Positions 35,976-48,647 of a stretch of DNA of 64,000 nt are shown piece by piece. Origin of the DNA: Diplonema japonicum. Its lineage: Eukaryota; Protista; Euglenozoa: Diplonemea. Position numbers and translations under genes: made by a program. Numbering within the stretch: position 1 is the first letter of the stretch; the number at the start of each line of letters is the position of its first letter. The notes under the pieces are model-generated. The model worked only from the letters and a program-made list of their open reading frames with translations. It was not told the origin of the DNA and did not search any database. The DNA is taken from contig OZ025714.1 in NCBI GenBank assembly GCA_964019335.1, positions 1-64,000 on the forward strand. The letters are read 5' to 3'.

Positions 35976-37595
35976 TTACAAGGGAAGGGGGTCTCTAATA
36001 ACTACTGCAACACCGCAATCAAACTGCTGATCGAACCGCGGTGATGTCACTGCTGCGACTGTGCAATACGATGCTGTGCTGACAGTCTTGAGCTCACCTA
36101 CGGTTGCGACAGTGTAGACGCTGGAGTGCACGGACGGCTTTGGGGAAGGGGTTCTGGTGAGAACACAGGGCAGCAGGGTCCCACTCGAGTCCGTAGTCCC
36201 GCCCTTATTTGTGATAGCACATTTCTCGAAGAGGACTATCACAGACTTACGGGCAACATTGCCAAGGCCAAGGCAGCTCTCGAAACTTCGCTTGGTCATA
36301 TGTAACTTGCCCTCAGTCGTGCCACAGCGCACACCATGCACGGCACTTGAAAGTGGGTCAACGGCACTGACCCTCCAAGAGTGCTTCCTCGCACTATGAC
36401 TACTGACAACTGCCACAATTACGACATCCGAAGTACCAGAAGGCATTCTCTGCAGCTGTACGCCCCACACCATAGACGACACCAAACTCAGACTCGCATC
36501 CTTAGCCATCCACACCTTATCTTCGCTGTTTTCATTTTCGCCTACAATTAGGTACACCACTTCCATCCCTGTTACTGACCAATCTTCGAAAGCCAATTCT
36601 TGCCTACCTTCTTCGTAGTGCTCGATAGCACGCAAGACTCCGTACCCCGCCTCTGCATAGCAAGAGCTCAGCGTTCTACCCCACTGTGAGTCTTGTCCTA
36701 CTACAACAACTGAAGCGTCACGCCGCGCCTTCTCAAATACACGGGGCATGAGCGCGTCATACGACTGTTGGTGCGGACCCTGCAGTAGTGCAGTAAGTGT
36801 CTCCGTGTGGGTGCGGCTTACCCAACGGTCGCAGTCACGTCCGGTAGAACTGACCGGATGGCTGCAAGAGACGACTGGTGTCGGTAAGGAGCTGGAGCTA
36901 GATGTGTTAGAATTCTCACTGATTTCATCTTCGCTGGCGTAAGAGTCTAAATCTTTAGTATTCAGCACAGGCAGCAGAATAGCTGGAGAATCACGTACTT
37001 CTGGGACAGGCAGCAGCGTGTCGATGTCTAGCAGCGAGAACTCAGAGTTAATTACTTTACTAGCCTCAGGGTTTTCCTTACGCTTCTTGTCGGTGTTAGC
37101 AGGTTCGTCCTCGCGTGCTTCGCTTTTACGTTTTTCCGCCTTCACCAATAATCTGGACCGCACTGGTTTAATGACAGGCAACGCAGAGGTGCCACACAAG
37201 AATACTATCATGTCGATAATCCAGAAGCTTGTAGACACATGGAACCCAGCCACAGGCATCACACCACCGCAGTTGAGACCCCTGGTTTCACACTTGCACA
37301 CCTTATCATCATTCATAAAAAATACATGACGGAATACTTGCGTTAACACCTTTTGTATTTCGCTCTTGTCAAAGACACCGTTTTCCATTGTACCCTCTCG
37401 CGACAGCGTGACTGTCACAAGAAACTCGTCCTCTATATAACTCAGCTGCAAATCTAGGTCACCAGAACCAAACAACAGCTTGCACGCAGCACCTTTCATG
37501 CTGTACATGATGGTTTTCCGTCCGGCATCTTGCGAGCTCAGCCTCGTTCTCGAGAGAGTCACACCGCTTCCTACGGATCTTCGGCAGCATGGCAT
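35976..37595 (-). CDS. Hypothetical protein
   Basis: 539-aa ORF, co-directional; no motif recognised. Confidence 0.6.
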   Translation of the reverse strand: MPCCRRSVGSGVTLSRTRLSSQDAGRKTIMYSMKGAACKLLFGSGDLDLQLSYIEDEFLVTVTLSREGTMENGVFDKSEIQKVLTQVFRHVFFMNDDKVCKCETRGLNCGGVMPVAGFHVSTSFWIIDMIVFLCGTSALPVIKPVRSRLLVKAEKRKSEAREDEPANTDKKRKENPEASKVINSEFSLLDIDTLLPVPEVRDSPAILLPVLNTKDLDSYASEDEISENSNTSSSSSLPTPVVSCSHPVSSTGRDCDRWVSRTHTETLTALLQGPHQQSYDALMPRVFEKARRDASVVVVGQDSQWGRTLSSCYAEAGYGVLRAIEHYEEGRQELAFEDWSVTGMEVVYLIVGENENSEDKVWMAKDASLSLVSSMVWGVQLQRMPSGTSDVVIVAVVSSHSARKHSWRVSAVDPLSSAVHGVRCGTTEGKLHMTKRSFESCLGLGNVARKSVIVLFEKCAITNKGGTTDSSGTLLPCVLTRTPSPKPSVHSSVYTVATVGELKTVSTASYCTVAAVTSPRFDQQFDCGVAVVIRDPLPL

Positions 37596-37650
37596 CTATT
37601 TGTCATGTTCCCTGTGTAGTGCTGACGAGCTGTAAAGCCACTCTGAATAT

Positions 37651-39139
37651 CTATAGCGACCCCCCCATCGTCTCATCGCTTGACGAGTCGTCCGATGCGT
37701 ATTGGTATTGGCGCTTCTTATGCTGCCCCGTGAGCTTCCCAACGCTCGCCAGCAGCTCGTATACCTCGTTATCTTCTGTATCTTGCGTCTGTAAAAGGCT
37801 GATTGGCGGGCACATTTCATACCTTCGAGCACAATGACTCTGCAACCGAAGGAGGGCCTCCAAGCTTCGCTCCTGAGCCTGCAATAGAATGCATGCTGCT
37901 TACTCTGTCAGGGACAAGGTAACTAATACTGCTATCAGACTGCAATGAGAGCTGTGACGCCACATCAGCAGGGATTCCAACAGGCTTGCTCCTATCACAA
38001 ATGTCGTTGTCATATGCATCATACCGCTGCCTCCTCAGAGGTGTCCCTGTGCGTGAACGAGACTGCTCAGAAGTTTGAGACTGGGAACGTCGAGATTGCT
38101 GGAAGCTAATGATGCTCTCTCGCTTTGAAGCCTTGCTATTCGTGCTGTTCGAGCGAGAGAAGGGTGTCGGTGACCTGTTGCGCAGGCTGCTGGAGCTGCT
38201 CTCTATCTGGATCGTGCTTTCACGTGGCGTATTTCTGTCGTTGACACTACTAGCCTGCTGCCCAGGCGAGGTCATGGACAAGTTGTCATCCAACGGACTG
38301 TTGCTAACATCAGAGGGGGCAGCCTTCGGCGTAGAAGGGGCACCTTTTGGAGTAGAAGCTTTTGGTGTAGACGGCCCCCCCCTCGGTGTAGAGGTCATTC
38401 TTGGTGTGGATGATCGCGGTTTGAGGGGGCTCTCTGATAACCTGCTCTGCGAACTGATACTAGGAACAGGTGTGGGGGGCGACCGCCTGCCGTGTGAGGA
38501 AGACCTTGCTGTAGATGTCTGCGCACGCATCTCATGAAGCATAGAGTCCAGCTTCAATGCTGTGCCTGGTGGCTTACGTCGGCTGGGGCTAGAGTTTTCA
38601 CGGGTGAACTGGAAGCCTTCCCTCTGCTTTGTGTTTTGGAAATAGTGTTTTGGTATTCCCATGTGGAGCAGCTCTTCCCTTTTGGCAAAGTTCGCCAACA
38701 GCCAATGGCCCTGTGTCGCAACCTCATCAAACAAACCATTCATCTTGTGCAGCACCTCTTTTGTCACTGCCTCGTCCTCTTCATTATAGCACTCCGACAT
38801 GTCCTCTTCTGCTAACGAGGTCACGCTGTCCTTCAGCTTCTTTATCGCCTGGTGTATGTCGATAAGCTTTCTCGTCATCGTTGAATGCGATATTCTTTTC
38901 TTCTTCGGTGTTCTAGGAATGTTGTTTTTGAAGTGGAATGGAGGCTGCTGCACGGGCCTCCTCTTAGCAGGGGACGACAACATAGAGTGCTGCGGGTTCG
39001 CGTCTGTGAGCCGGTGGAGCGCCTCACGCATGTCCGCAACAGTATTATTCAGTGTAAGGATGGCACCATGTACGCAGCTGGGGACGTCTTTCCATTCGTC
39101 GCGTTTGTTCAAGAGACTCGTAATGGCCTCATCGTTCAT
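37651..39139 (-). CDS. Hypothetical Ser/Pro-rich protein (STPK repeats); 1 intron
   Basis: 440-aa ORF plus a last exon after the 34-nt intron 37822-37789. Confidence 0.65.
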
Positions 39140-39184
39140 GTTACCTGTGAGGGGTGGGCACGTGGCAGGTAATGTTTGAAATGA

Positions 39185-40917
39185 TCAAATGTCTGAAATC
39201 TGTGGGTTGTTCGCTGCGTACTTCAGAGCTTCGATCTCCTCTGCACCGAGGGGCTCGTCTTCGGGGTGGATCATAGCACCCATTCGTAGAGGCGCCATTT
39301 GCCATGATATTGGTGATTCCCTGTCGGGCTGCGTAAGGATGATTTCGCGTGTAAGTGATTGCCTGTAGTGGGCTGAAGACGTGTGACGGAGCATACATGT
39401 CGGATGTCGAGGGGATGTCTGCTTTGATGACAAGGTAGGTATTGTTTTCATCGGGGGGTACCACCTCCCCGGCATTGAACCTTCCCAGTTCAACCTTGTC
39501 AAGCGGGGTATTCGTCACTTCACACGTCAGGTTCTTTGGCCGCACCACAAGATGCCTGTACGCCTCTGAGCTCTCACGTTCGCAAGTGAAGATATACTCC
39601 AACTCCTTTTGTAAATCGCTGTCGCTTTCAAACTGTAATGTGTTGCAAACCCCCTTAGTAGTCATACATCGGATAAGCTCACTCCAAAGTCACTTAGAAC
39701 TTCTTCCACAAGGTTCTCACCGCACACGTGTCCAGGGTACTTCACGCTGCTCTTGTGATAAGGAAAAGGCACCACTGTAGTGTCAGTGTTTGAAAAGAAC
39801 AGTGCATACATGGTAGAACTACGTCGTAGATGGTGTACTGGCTTTCTTGGCCTTCTGATATAGGATACACTGCCCCTGTGACATCCATCACAAGGTCGCC
39901 TGGTGCCACCTTCAAACCGAATAGGGAGATTCTCATGGATGTCATGTAGTTCCAGATGTGCTGCTGTATGAAACGAAGCGCTTCGTACTTCGGGAACACA
40001 TGATGCATAGAGTAGGCTGCAAAGTAGTCCCTCTCCTTCTCAGGGCCAACCATGTGCATGTACGAGTACCATTCAGACCGCAGTGTTCCATCCCTCCTTT
40101 TGAAGTAATCTTTCAAAACCTCCTTGCTTGCACCGCTCGACCACATTCCGTACCCTTGCCGCACAAAACTCGTTTTTGAAACAGCACCCCTCAGCATCAG
40201 AAACGTAATCGCAGCCTTCCAATCCTTTTGCAGAATAGCTGCTCCTATCGCAGTCGGCGCGATGTGCTTCCTCCGTGACGGCAGGCTGCAGTAGTTTATA
40301 AAGCCTGCATTTTTCACCTTATTTACTAATTTTTCGATGTTTCCGAACAAAGGTTTTCTCAGAATGTGGTACACACTTGTGTGCCTTGTAGAGGATGTGG
40401 GCCACTTGAGGTACTTGTTTGATGCTTGTAAGATGGAGACACGCGTCAGCGGGCTGTTCAGTGTGAGGAGGCCTCGTGCCGCGAATCTGTGCATGGCATC
40501 GTTCGGGAGCATCAAGACGACGCCCCATGTTTGAGCGAGGTCGCCTCTCCGTTGGATCGAATACTGTTTTGCGTTGTTCAAAGCGAGCTTGATGAAGTGC
40601 TGGATGATGTGCTGATAGTCATCCCTGCTTTCTAACACAACGAACGTCCACCCATTCTTCGCTTGCTCACAAGGCTGCGAAGCTGTGATCTGGTGCGAAG
40701 GCTTCCCAAACACAATCGGGAACGATGAGTTCCACACTCCCTCTGCCAGGGGCTTCGCTAACGCACGGGGGCTCTTTGCATTCATCCTGTGCCGTATTCC
40801 GTGGTCGAACTCCAAAGTGCACTCCGCAAGCCCTTTATCAAGCCCGTCCCGTACCTCAGGCATCAAGGCCTTTTTCCCTAATCTTTGCCATCTGCTTCTT
40901 GTTAACTTTCCCCTCAT
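39185..40917 (-). CDS. Divergent TruD/PUS7-like pseudouridine synthase; 3 introns
   Basis: GFINY, DWKAAI, HIWNYMTSMR..G..GDLV, YTIYDVVLP, AYRHLVVRP, IPS..M..TREI. Basic, transit-like N-terminus. Confidence 0.78.
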
Positions 40918-41021
40918 CCTGTTATCTGATTGAGAAGCATCAGAGGTTTACCATCCTATAAAAAATCAGGGGAGGGGGGGACCTAAAAAGAAAACGCGCC
41001 TAAAGTCAACCCAGTTACCGT

Positions 41022-42091
41022 TCATTCAATCACAACACTCCTCCAATACTTCGCGCGTATCTCATCGATTTCCGCAAGCTCCGCGTACAGCTCGTTCGCA
41101 CGCTCTTTGAACGTCTTCCCATTCAAACCTGTGAACAGCCCACCGTCCACGCCTTGCTCGTGTGCAAAACTATATATTTCCGCCAACGTTGACTTCGGCC
41201 AGGTAAAAACAGGCTCAGCCCCGTGTGGCATAGCATCCTCTACTAGTGGCGCACAAGCTTGGAACACTTCCTTGGTGTGGTGCTTCGGTAGCATGTGACC
41301 AACCAAATAGTTATGCATAGCTTCATTGGAAGCTGAGTTTTTAAGGTATGAGAGGCCCCTCCGGATCTCTGCTTTCCTCACTTCGATGTGTTCTTCGAGC
41401 GGGACTTCACCCCTAGCAAGCTGCGTAATGGGGTGTGTGGTGCTATGCTAACATACCTGCGGGTTAAGGCCGAGCTTGGTCTCCACAATGAAGTACAGGT
41501 AGTTCCAAGCGGAGTTGTTTCGGAAGTCCTCCTCAAGATGGCTCACGGCATACTGTGGACAATGACGGGCGACAACGAGCATACCTCCTCTTCACCGTTG
41601 AGCAGATCGAACTGTGTAACGACCCATCTCCTGTGGCACCATGCGTGGTAGTTCTTGGCATCCTTCTCCAACGTGACCCCCACGACCTCTCTCTCCCCCT
41701 CAGCACTGCCCTTTGCAAGAAGGAGCTCGCGACGATGATGCCAGATCTGAAAGTTCTTCGGGTAGCTGTTCAGCATTGACGCAACTGTCTCTAGTTCCTT
41801 ATCAATGGAGAAGTTGATGGCTAATATCACATCGCGGCGGTACTTCCAAGCAGTGTAGTTGGCTGCGTTGCAGTCGATCACTGCCTGCGTCAGATTCAGC
41901 ACCCTTTCCGACTTCTCACCACTTGCAAGCACAGCTCTGAAGTACGAATGGCAATCGGCAAACACCTCCGAGTACTGTATCGCTACAACAGGGTTCTCAC
42001 TGTCCTGCTGCTTCACTGGCGTCACGTCATCCCATTCACTCCTCTCTGAGAACAGCCGACAATCAGAATCATCAGACGAGGACTCGGACAT
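41022..42091 (-). CDS. FNTA: Protein farnesyl/geranylgeranyltransferase type-1 alpha subunit; 2 introns
   Basis: EWDDVTPVKQ, PPTA repeats NYTAWKYRR, KNFQIWHHRR, KNYHAWCHRRW, RNNSAWNY, and the C-terminal DEIRAKYW. Introns 41584-41553 and 41456-41413. Confidence 0.93.
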
Positions 42092-42163
42092 TTTTCTCTG
42101 AGTGGTGCAATGTGAGGTGAAAGGAACGTAAAAGACCAAAGAGAATAATTAAAATACCCGAGA

Positions 42164-44203
42164 TCAGTTTTCTTCAAGATTTTTATATGCAATTAGCTTT
42201 GCCCGACTTTGGCACTTCAGTTTTTCCAGCTCTATTCTCGGGTGCGGCAGGTCGCGCCCTGCTTCAATCAAAGGTCGCTCAGATGTGGAAACAAACAATT
42301 TCTCTTGCGTGCAGAGCTTCTCTTCCATCTCGTCGATCTGAAGAGTCAGCGCGTCAATGGTGACCTGTAAAGCGTCACGCTGCTGTGCATGATCTTTGGC
42401 TGAGGGGTTCAAAGACTCTCCGTAGTACTGCACGAGGTTCTCTTCCTCTGCAAGTCTTTCGCCTAAGGCTTCCTTATGCATGAGCTTTTTGTGCTGGTAT
42501 TCGCCAAGCAGCATGAAGACTCCTTTGAAGCCTTCGTAGTGTTCACTGTGCATCAGTAGGGTCGCATTAAAGTGCTCCGATTTCTTGTCACGCAGCAAGC
42601 TCTCCGCTTCCTTCAAGACCTGCATGCAATGTTCAACGTTCTGCTTCAGCATCACGTCTACTTCCTCTGCCTTCTTACTAATGTACTCCCTGTGCGACTC
42701 CCTTTCCAAAGTCTTCTTCCTCACCTCGTAAAGGGATTTATCAATCACCATTACGGCGTCCAGCCCACATAGTTTATTTTCTATGTGCTTTTCGCGCATT
42801 GCTATCAATTCCTTGATCTCGTTTACAAGTTTGTGCACGTCTTCCCATTTCTCCTGTTGGCTTGTGGCATTTTGTTGCATTTCCGCAGTTGCCTTGTGCA
42901 CCTTTTCCATCGCTGCCCTCCGCCTTGTATGCCCCGTCTCTTCTTTCTCATTCAGTATTGCAAACGTCCGCTTAAAGTACTCATTTGCTGCCTGTTTAGT
43001 TTCTGCGAGCCCTTTCTGATAGGACTCAACATTCCCCTTCACAGCAGTGATTCCGTCTTTCACTGATGCTTCCAGCACCTCGAGACCCTCTTGCTCGCTT
43101 TTCGTGAGCGACTCAACACGCGCACGCAGTTCGACAGTGATAGCTTCGTGGCATGCCAGGCACCTCTCGAACAGGGCCTCGATGGTGCCCACATCACCCT
43201 TCAAGATAGCCTCTTCCTTCCTATTCATAATATCGTCCGCTTCGAACTGAAGCCTTCGCAGTGCCTCGTCATGCTCAGCAGCACTGCACCCTGCAGCAGG
43301 GTGCTCGCCCACCATCTGTAACACCTTCCTGCCTGCTTCGGGCAAGTTACAGATCACATTGCAAAACTCTTCGGTGACACCCTCGAATGGGTCCAGCGAG
43401 ATACCATCGTCGGGGAGGACTTCTTTCAGCTCGCGCTCCTTGCTTGCGATCAGCTCCGTGTTTTCGCACTCCATGAGCGCGGCTGCATCTTTCACCTTCT
43501 TGAACATCCTGGTGATGTGCTGCATCGACTCACGGATCACACTGCGGTGGTCAATCACCGACACCTCGGGTGGTGTGGGTGGTTGCAGTGGGGAAGGCTG
43601 CCCTGCCGGCACTTCAGGCTCACTATAAGGGGAAGCAGGGGAATCGAGGGAATCAGGGGCAGCTACGGGCGACTGAGGTGGTGGGTTGTGAGGGTACTGC
43701 CGTTTCTGCGATTTCAAAGGCGAAGGTGTGTCGTGCCAACTACACAAACCTTCGTCTGGCTCAGTGTCCGTGCTCCTCCTTGCTCTCGAAATGGCCAGTA
43801 GCGACACAGGGTTCGCAACAGGCTCCGGGGGTCGGTGCGAAATGTCTTCTTCTCTTACAAAAAAACCACACCTAGCTTCAGTTGTGAAATACCTTGTGCC
43901 CTCCTTCTTCCCATCACACGCTCCTTCCCAGCCTTTTGGCCTTTGGAACTGCACCCCAAACCACTCCCCTTCCGCGAAGTACACAGGTCCTCTATATCGT
44001 ATGAGCGCCTCCTCTTCACGAACATAACACTTCGCCCCTACACAGCCTTCCTTCATACCAAGGCTGGGTAGGGGGGGTAGCTGTTTGGGTGGTTGCTTCG
44101 ATGCTGCAGGTGCTGCAGCAGCGGGTTTTGCAGAAGCAGCTGTTTTCTTCATGGAAATACTCCTCAACTGGGGCTTGCTCTTTTTGCCCGGGTACCTTTG
44201 CAT
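42164..44203 (-). CDS. Paraflagellar rod (PFR) family protein with N-terminal CAP-Gly domain
   Basis: CAP-Gly: IRYRGPVYFAEGEWFGVQF..GACDGKKEGTRYF..GFFVR. PFR-type C-terminus: ESLNPSAKDH..LIEAG..LPHP..EL. Confidence 0.82.
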   Translation of the reverse strand: MQRYPGKKSKPQLRSISMKKTAASAKPAAAAPAASKQPPKQLPPLPSLGMKEGCVGAKCYVREEEALIRYRGPVYFAEGEWFGVQFQRPKGWEGACDGKKEGTRYFTTEARCGFFVREEDISHRPPEPVANPVSLLAISRARRSTDTEPDEGLCSWHDTPSPLKSQKRQYPHNPPPQSPVAAPDSLDSPASPYSEPEVPAGQPSPLQPPTPPEVSVIDHRSVIRESMQHITRMFKKVKDAAALMECENTELIASKERELKEVLPDDGISLDPFEGVTEEFCNVICNLPEAGRKVLQMVGEHPAAGCSAAEHDEALRRLQFEADDIMNRKEEAILKGDVGTIEALFERCLACHEAITVELRARVESLTKSEQEGLEVLEASVKDGITAVKGNVESYQKGLAETKQAANEYFKRTFAILNEKEETGHTRRRAAMEKVHKATAEMQQNATSQQEKWEDVHKLVNEIKELIAMREKHIENKLCGLDAVMVIDKSLYEVRKKTLERESHREYISKKAEEVDVMLKQNVEHCMQVLKEAESLLRDKKSEHFNATLLMHSEHYEGFKGVFMLLGEYQHKKLMHKEALGERLAEEENLVQYYGESLNPSAKDHAQQRDALQVTIDALTLQIDEMEEKLCTQEKLFVSTSERPLIEAGRDLPHPRIELEKLKCQSRAKLIAYKNLEEN

Positions 44204-44278
44204 CTTTGTGTATTAATCTGTGTGCACTTCGGTTGACACCTATCGACCCCTCGATAGCTAGAGATAGTTAATGTTAAT

Positions 44279-45542
44279 CTAGAACTCAGCATCGTAGTTA
44301 GGCATTCCTTCAAAGGTCCCAACGTCTCTCACTGCTATGTCATAGGCCTTTAAAGAGTCTAACCGTGGTGCTCGGAGAATGTTTGTCTGTGTAAAAGGTT
44401 ATTATGAATTTAAAAAGAACACACCCCGCTTTGCATATGCTCTTCATAAACGTCTTTGGTGAGGAGGGGGAGCTCGAATAGCTCCCGTTTAGGTGTCGGG
44501 TGTTCGCCCTGCTTACATAAAACGTAGACCACATGCATACCTTCATCAAATGGTTGGTTGTGAGGACCGTTTTGTCGGGTGTGTTGGGGTACACCATAAA
44601 GAGACCTTTCTCATACATGTACTTGATGAGGTACTTCTTCCACGACGACTTTGCCGACCACGTGTTGGACGAGATGTAAGGCAGCCCGTGGCCTTTGGTG
44701 ACGGGGTCCGTCTCGTGGCCCTTCTCGATGTACCAGTCACGGAACTTACGCCAAGGCCGGGGAAAGTAGACGGCGCCCCATGAGCAAGGCTGTTGGAGAA
44801 GGAAGGGATCGCCGTTTGTGTTCAGTTGCTTCATGCTCTTTGCAGTAAGCTCATCGTGGATGGGCCTGTACAGTGACACCCCAAGCAGTTTGCTGTTTTT
44901 GTCCTTCCCATACTCCTTCAATGCACTGTCCACCCACAGGTACCACAATGGCGATGCTTCTATGTCGTCCTCGAAGAACACACCGTACGTGTCGTCGTCG
45001 CCAGTTGGGTACCACGCCTCCATGATGGACTTCTTGAGCCCCACGTTCTGCTCCCTACGGTGGATCCGTAGTGGGCCGTGCGGCCAGGATATCTTCCTGA
45101 TCCAGTTCTCTGTGTCATCTCGAGGGGCCTCCTTCTTGTCAAAGAAGATAGTCAGCGGCACTTCGTGTCCCAAGTAGTCAGACTCCACCAGACTCTTCCA
45201 CAACCGCTTCAGTCCCTTCAGTCTGTTGTACGTGAAGACGTTGATCTGCACAGTATAGTCTTGTTTAGACTTCTCTGGAGGCGTCTCTTTACGTTCCCTC
45301 TCGTTATCTACTTGCTTTCCTGCTTTGCTCTGTTTTTTCAAGGTTTTTTGCGCCTTTTTCAAATCTTTTTTCACGGTGTCCAGCTCTTCGTATACCTCGT
45401 CCAATTCCCTCTGAAGTGCCTGGGCACCACCCCGTACCCCCCCTTTGCTTCCCAGAGCTACGTATTGAAGCAGCAGCAACATCACAGAGCTCAGCACAAT
45501 AGCGGCCACAATCTGGCCGCGAGACGACCTCCCGGCACCCAT
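44279..45542 (-). CDS. Type II membrane GT-A glycosyltransferase-like protein; 2 introns
   Basis: N-terminal TM and coiled stem, FTYNRLKGLKRL, GLKKSIMEAW, FEDDIE, QQPCSWGAVYFP. Intron 44540-44509 and a second near 44425-44388. Confidence 0.78.
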
Positions 45543-45880
45543 CTTATCCTGTGGTGATCTGGAGGGTATCACTTTTGCATATAAGCCATTTCCCCACTGC
45601 ACCGCGAGTCTTGCTCGGGTGGTGTCATAATCTTAGTGCTTTATTACTTTCTTTACCTTTGGCGGTGGCTTAGCCAGGACCTCCGGTTGTGGTGTCATAC
45701 CGACCATGCCCCCACCCGCTGCAAGGGGGTTGTAGGGGGGGCCCGCTGCTGCTACTGCATTGAGCTTCTTTAGACATACGCTGCCATTTGCACCCATCAC
45801 TGACTCATATGTGTAGCCTGTGAAAATTAAAAGCGTAAGACCCGCAGCATATCATAAGACAGAACGACTTAACTCCGGTT

Positions 45881-48582
45881 CTACAGAAGTAGCCGCCGGG
45901 ATTTCTCTAGTACTTTCCGTCGCTTCAAACGCCGCCGTTTCTTTTTACCACTGTGGCTAAAGACCACCTCAGGTGGCAGGTGGCCTCCTTTGGACAAAAT
46001 GTCCAGATAAACTCCAATTGGGGTTGGGGCTGGCCGCGGTGCCCGCCGCACGGGCTTCTCCATCATGAAGCGGAACCGCATCTTCGTCAAGGCGTCCATA
46101 ATGGTCTCGGCTTCGGGAAAGGACCTGACAGCGATACTGTTGATATGTGTCAGCTTCCAGTTTATGAGTTTCGAGAGGCCTGCTTTGTGAGCAGGGGTAC
46201 CAGTCACCACGGCTAAGAGAGTCAGGCCGTGTTCAAAAGTCATGCCCATGGCATCACCTTCATTCTTCCTCTTCACTGTGACATCGATACAGCGCTCTTC
46301 AGGTGGCTGTGGGTGCATAGAATCCTCGTTGGGCCTGTTCACTTTTTGCAGTTGGGCCGTTTCATGTCGTCGCCGCTCTCTCTTTACTCTCCTTAAAGGA
46401 ATCTCACCGTTAGTGTTCCCTACGCGTGAAAGAAACCCACATGTTGCCCTCTGCAAGTCCCACTTCTCCATATCTTTCTGCGGCTCTTCATTGTGTGGGC
46501 TATCTATCGCCTCTGGCACCTTCACGAGCCTCCCCCTTTTGTCAACATAGACAGGGTCTGTGAACTCACTCAGAGCAACGCCGTTCCTGGTCTTCGTGTA
46601 TATCTTCACAGCCGGATCGGATTGAGGGGGCGCTGGTGTGATTGCCCACTTCTTATCTGCGAGGCTTTCTTTGCCATACAACACATACTCTTTTTTGACA
46701 CTTTGTTCACAGAAGGTGTCTCCGCTTCCGATGGTGATATCAACATGTGCTTCAAAGGGCTGTTGCTTTTGAGTCGTTTCTGAAGCCTCTCTTTGTTGAG
46801 AGGAGACTTTATGCGAGCGGCAGCACGACAGAAGGAGCACTCCTGAGCAAAATGATCGTGCGGGGGTTCATCATACATTCTCATGGTCTTCCAGGTTCGC
46901 TACCACTATCTGGATGCAGTTGATAACAGCAGTGCGGAGCCGCTTTCGCCGTGTAGTTGCTGTGTTACTGAAACTACTGAGAAAACGTTTTAGAATGTCG
47001 CAGTTGAGAATCAGCACGTGCCCTGTGTTGAGAAAGAAGCACTTCTCGTCCGACTTCACCTGCGCCGCTGAGGTCTCCATGTTTAGCCGCCTGCACAGTT
47101 GCTCAAACCTCTTTGCTAGAGCAGATGACTGCATCTCATTCTTCATTCTGGAAACTCTTCGTTTCCTTCCAACAAGCATCGCTGCGAATGATATCGCTGC
47201 GGTGTTGCAGTCGTTGCCCTGTGGTGAACATTAATTTGTGTGGAACACAAACCTCTTCTGAGTCATCTGTAGACGTGCTAACGGCTTCCGACAGCACCGC
47301 TTCGATGTCTTCCTCAGCAAGCACCTTTGCGCACCTTGGTATATGCATTGTGCTCCAAGACATACTCTTCAGGAAGCCCTACGGGCAGCCACATTGTTGA
47401 TACGAAGGTTTTGAAGGAGAGCTTCGCTTCCCTGCCGATACGTTCTACAATTGCTTCTAGCAAGGGAAGTGTGTAGACAACAGAGCCCACCTCCAGCAGT
47501 GTCTGCATCGCCTGTTGTAGCTGCAAAACGGGTACAATGCATAACACATCTTCTGGGTTACCACCAGCTAGGTAAAAAGTGTCCTTGGCACTATTTGCTG
47601 TGGGCTGCAGAAGGGTGTCAAACTCATTATACGACACCTTGCCATCAGCGCCCTCCAGGATGCCCCTGTCGAGCGACAGGTCGAAGTCGAGTGCTGTCTG
47701 CTTGAGATGTTCGAGAGGCACATCTCCTGACTGGTCGCGGTTTCCCCCCATAGCAACGAACGCTTCTAGCGTGTCGCTGTTTAGTTGGCCTGTACTCCGT
47801 ACACTCTTCGCCTTCAAGACATCGCAGAGCATAATGAAGTCAGTCAGTGTGAGCATCCTGCTGGTGCTATGCAATGCGCATGCGGTAGGGTCTTCTATAA
47901 GCCGACGTGCCTCTTGGAGCGATACTTCGAGGCTTTTTGCATCGAAGCCTATGCCAATGCCTAATGCGGACAGCACTGTCTTCAGCGTCGTGACATCCTT
48001 CACCTTAGCCACTTCCGTGTCGTAGACTGTTTTCAACCACCTGAGCTCCTTAGTTGTGAGATAGGTGCTGGAGTCGGACCGCGTGGGGTAGCTAATCCCG
48101 AAGTCATGTGTTGTCTTCATCTTCGAAGACATCACAAGAGGTGTTGTAGGTGTTTTAGAAGTGCCCCTCGACTTGCTTTTTTCGAGTTCCGTGTCGTTGT
48201 CCACTGTGATGCAGATATCCTTGCAGGATATCCAGTTCCTTCCGTCCCCGTAGCACCAGCTCTTCATGGCGTGAGGCGGCATGTTGTGATGTCTGTGTTC
48301 GCTAGACACGATACTATTGCCTGTTGTGACAGCCGCTCTGCTGTTGCAAATGCTCCACCCCTTGTTCGTGTCAGAGTACAGGAACATCTTCCCGTTGTTG
48401 TGCATCCATATCGGATGCCCATTCACAACCTCTTCTAACAACCTATACCTCCCACAGCAGTGCCGCACCATAGGAGGGCCTGACACAAGGTATCCTACAT
48501 GAGGCCGGTCAACAGGCTTCTCTTTCAGCCTCACACCAGGCGTAAAACCTACTCCACGTGTGGCCAAGGGTATCAACGGCAT
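45881..48582 (-). CDS. Multidomain protein (Trp/Gly-rich beta domain, EF-hand-like pair, C-terminal PDZ-like domain); at least 4 introns join five track ORFs
   Basis: DTLEAFVAMGGNRDQSGDV (EF-like) and GTPAHKAGL..LTHINS (PDZ-like). Tiny introns near 47365, 47253, 46877 and 46688 each restore the next ORF frame. Confidence 0.62.
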
Positions 48583-48647
48583 GTCCAACAACCCTGGGTG
48601 TGTGTAGGTGCAGGGAGAGGGAAAACTGGTATGATTATTTGTCACGT

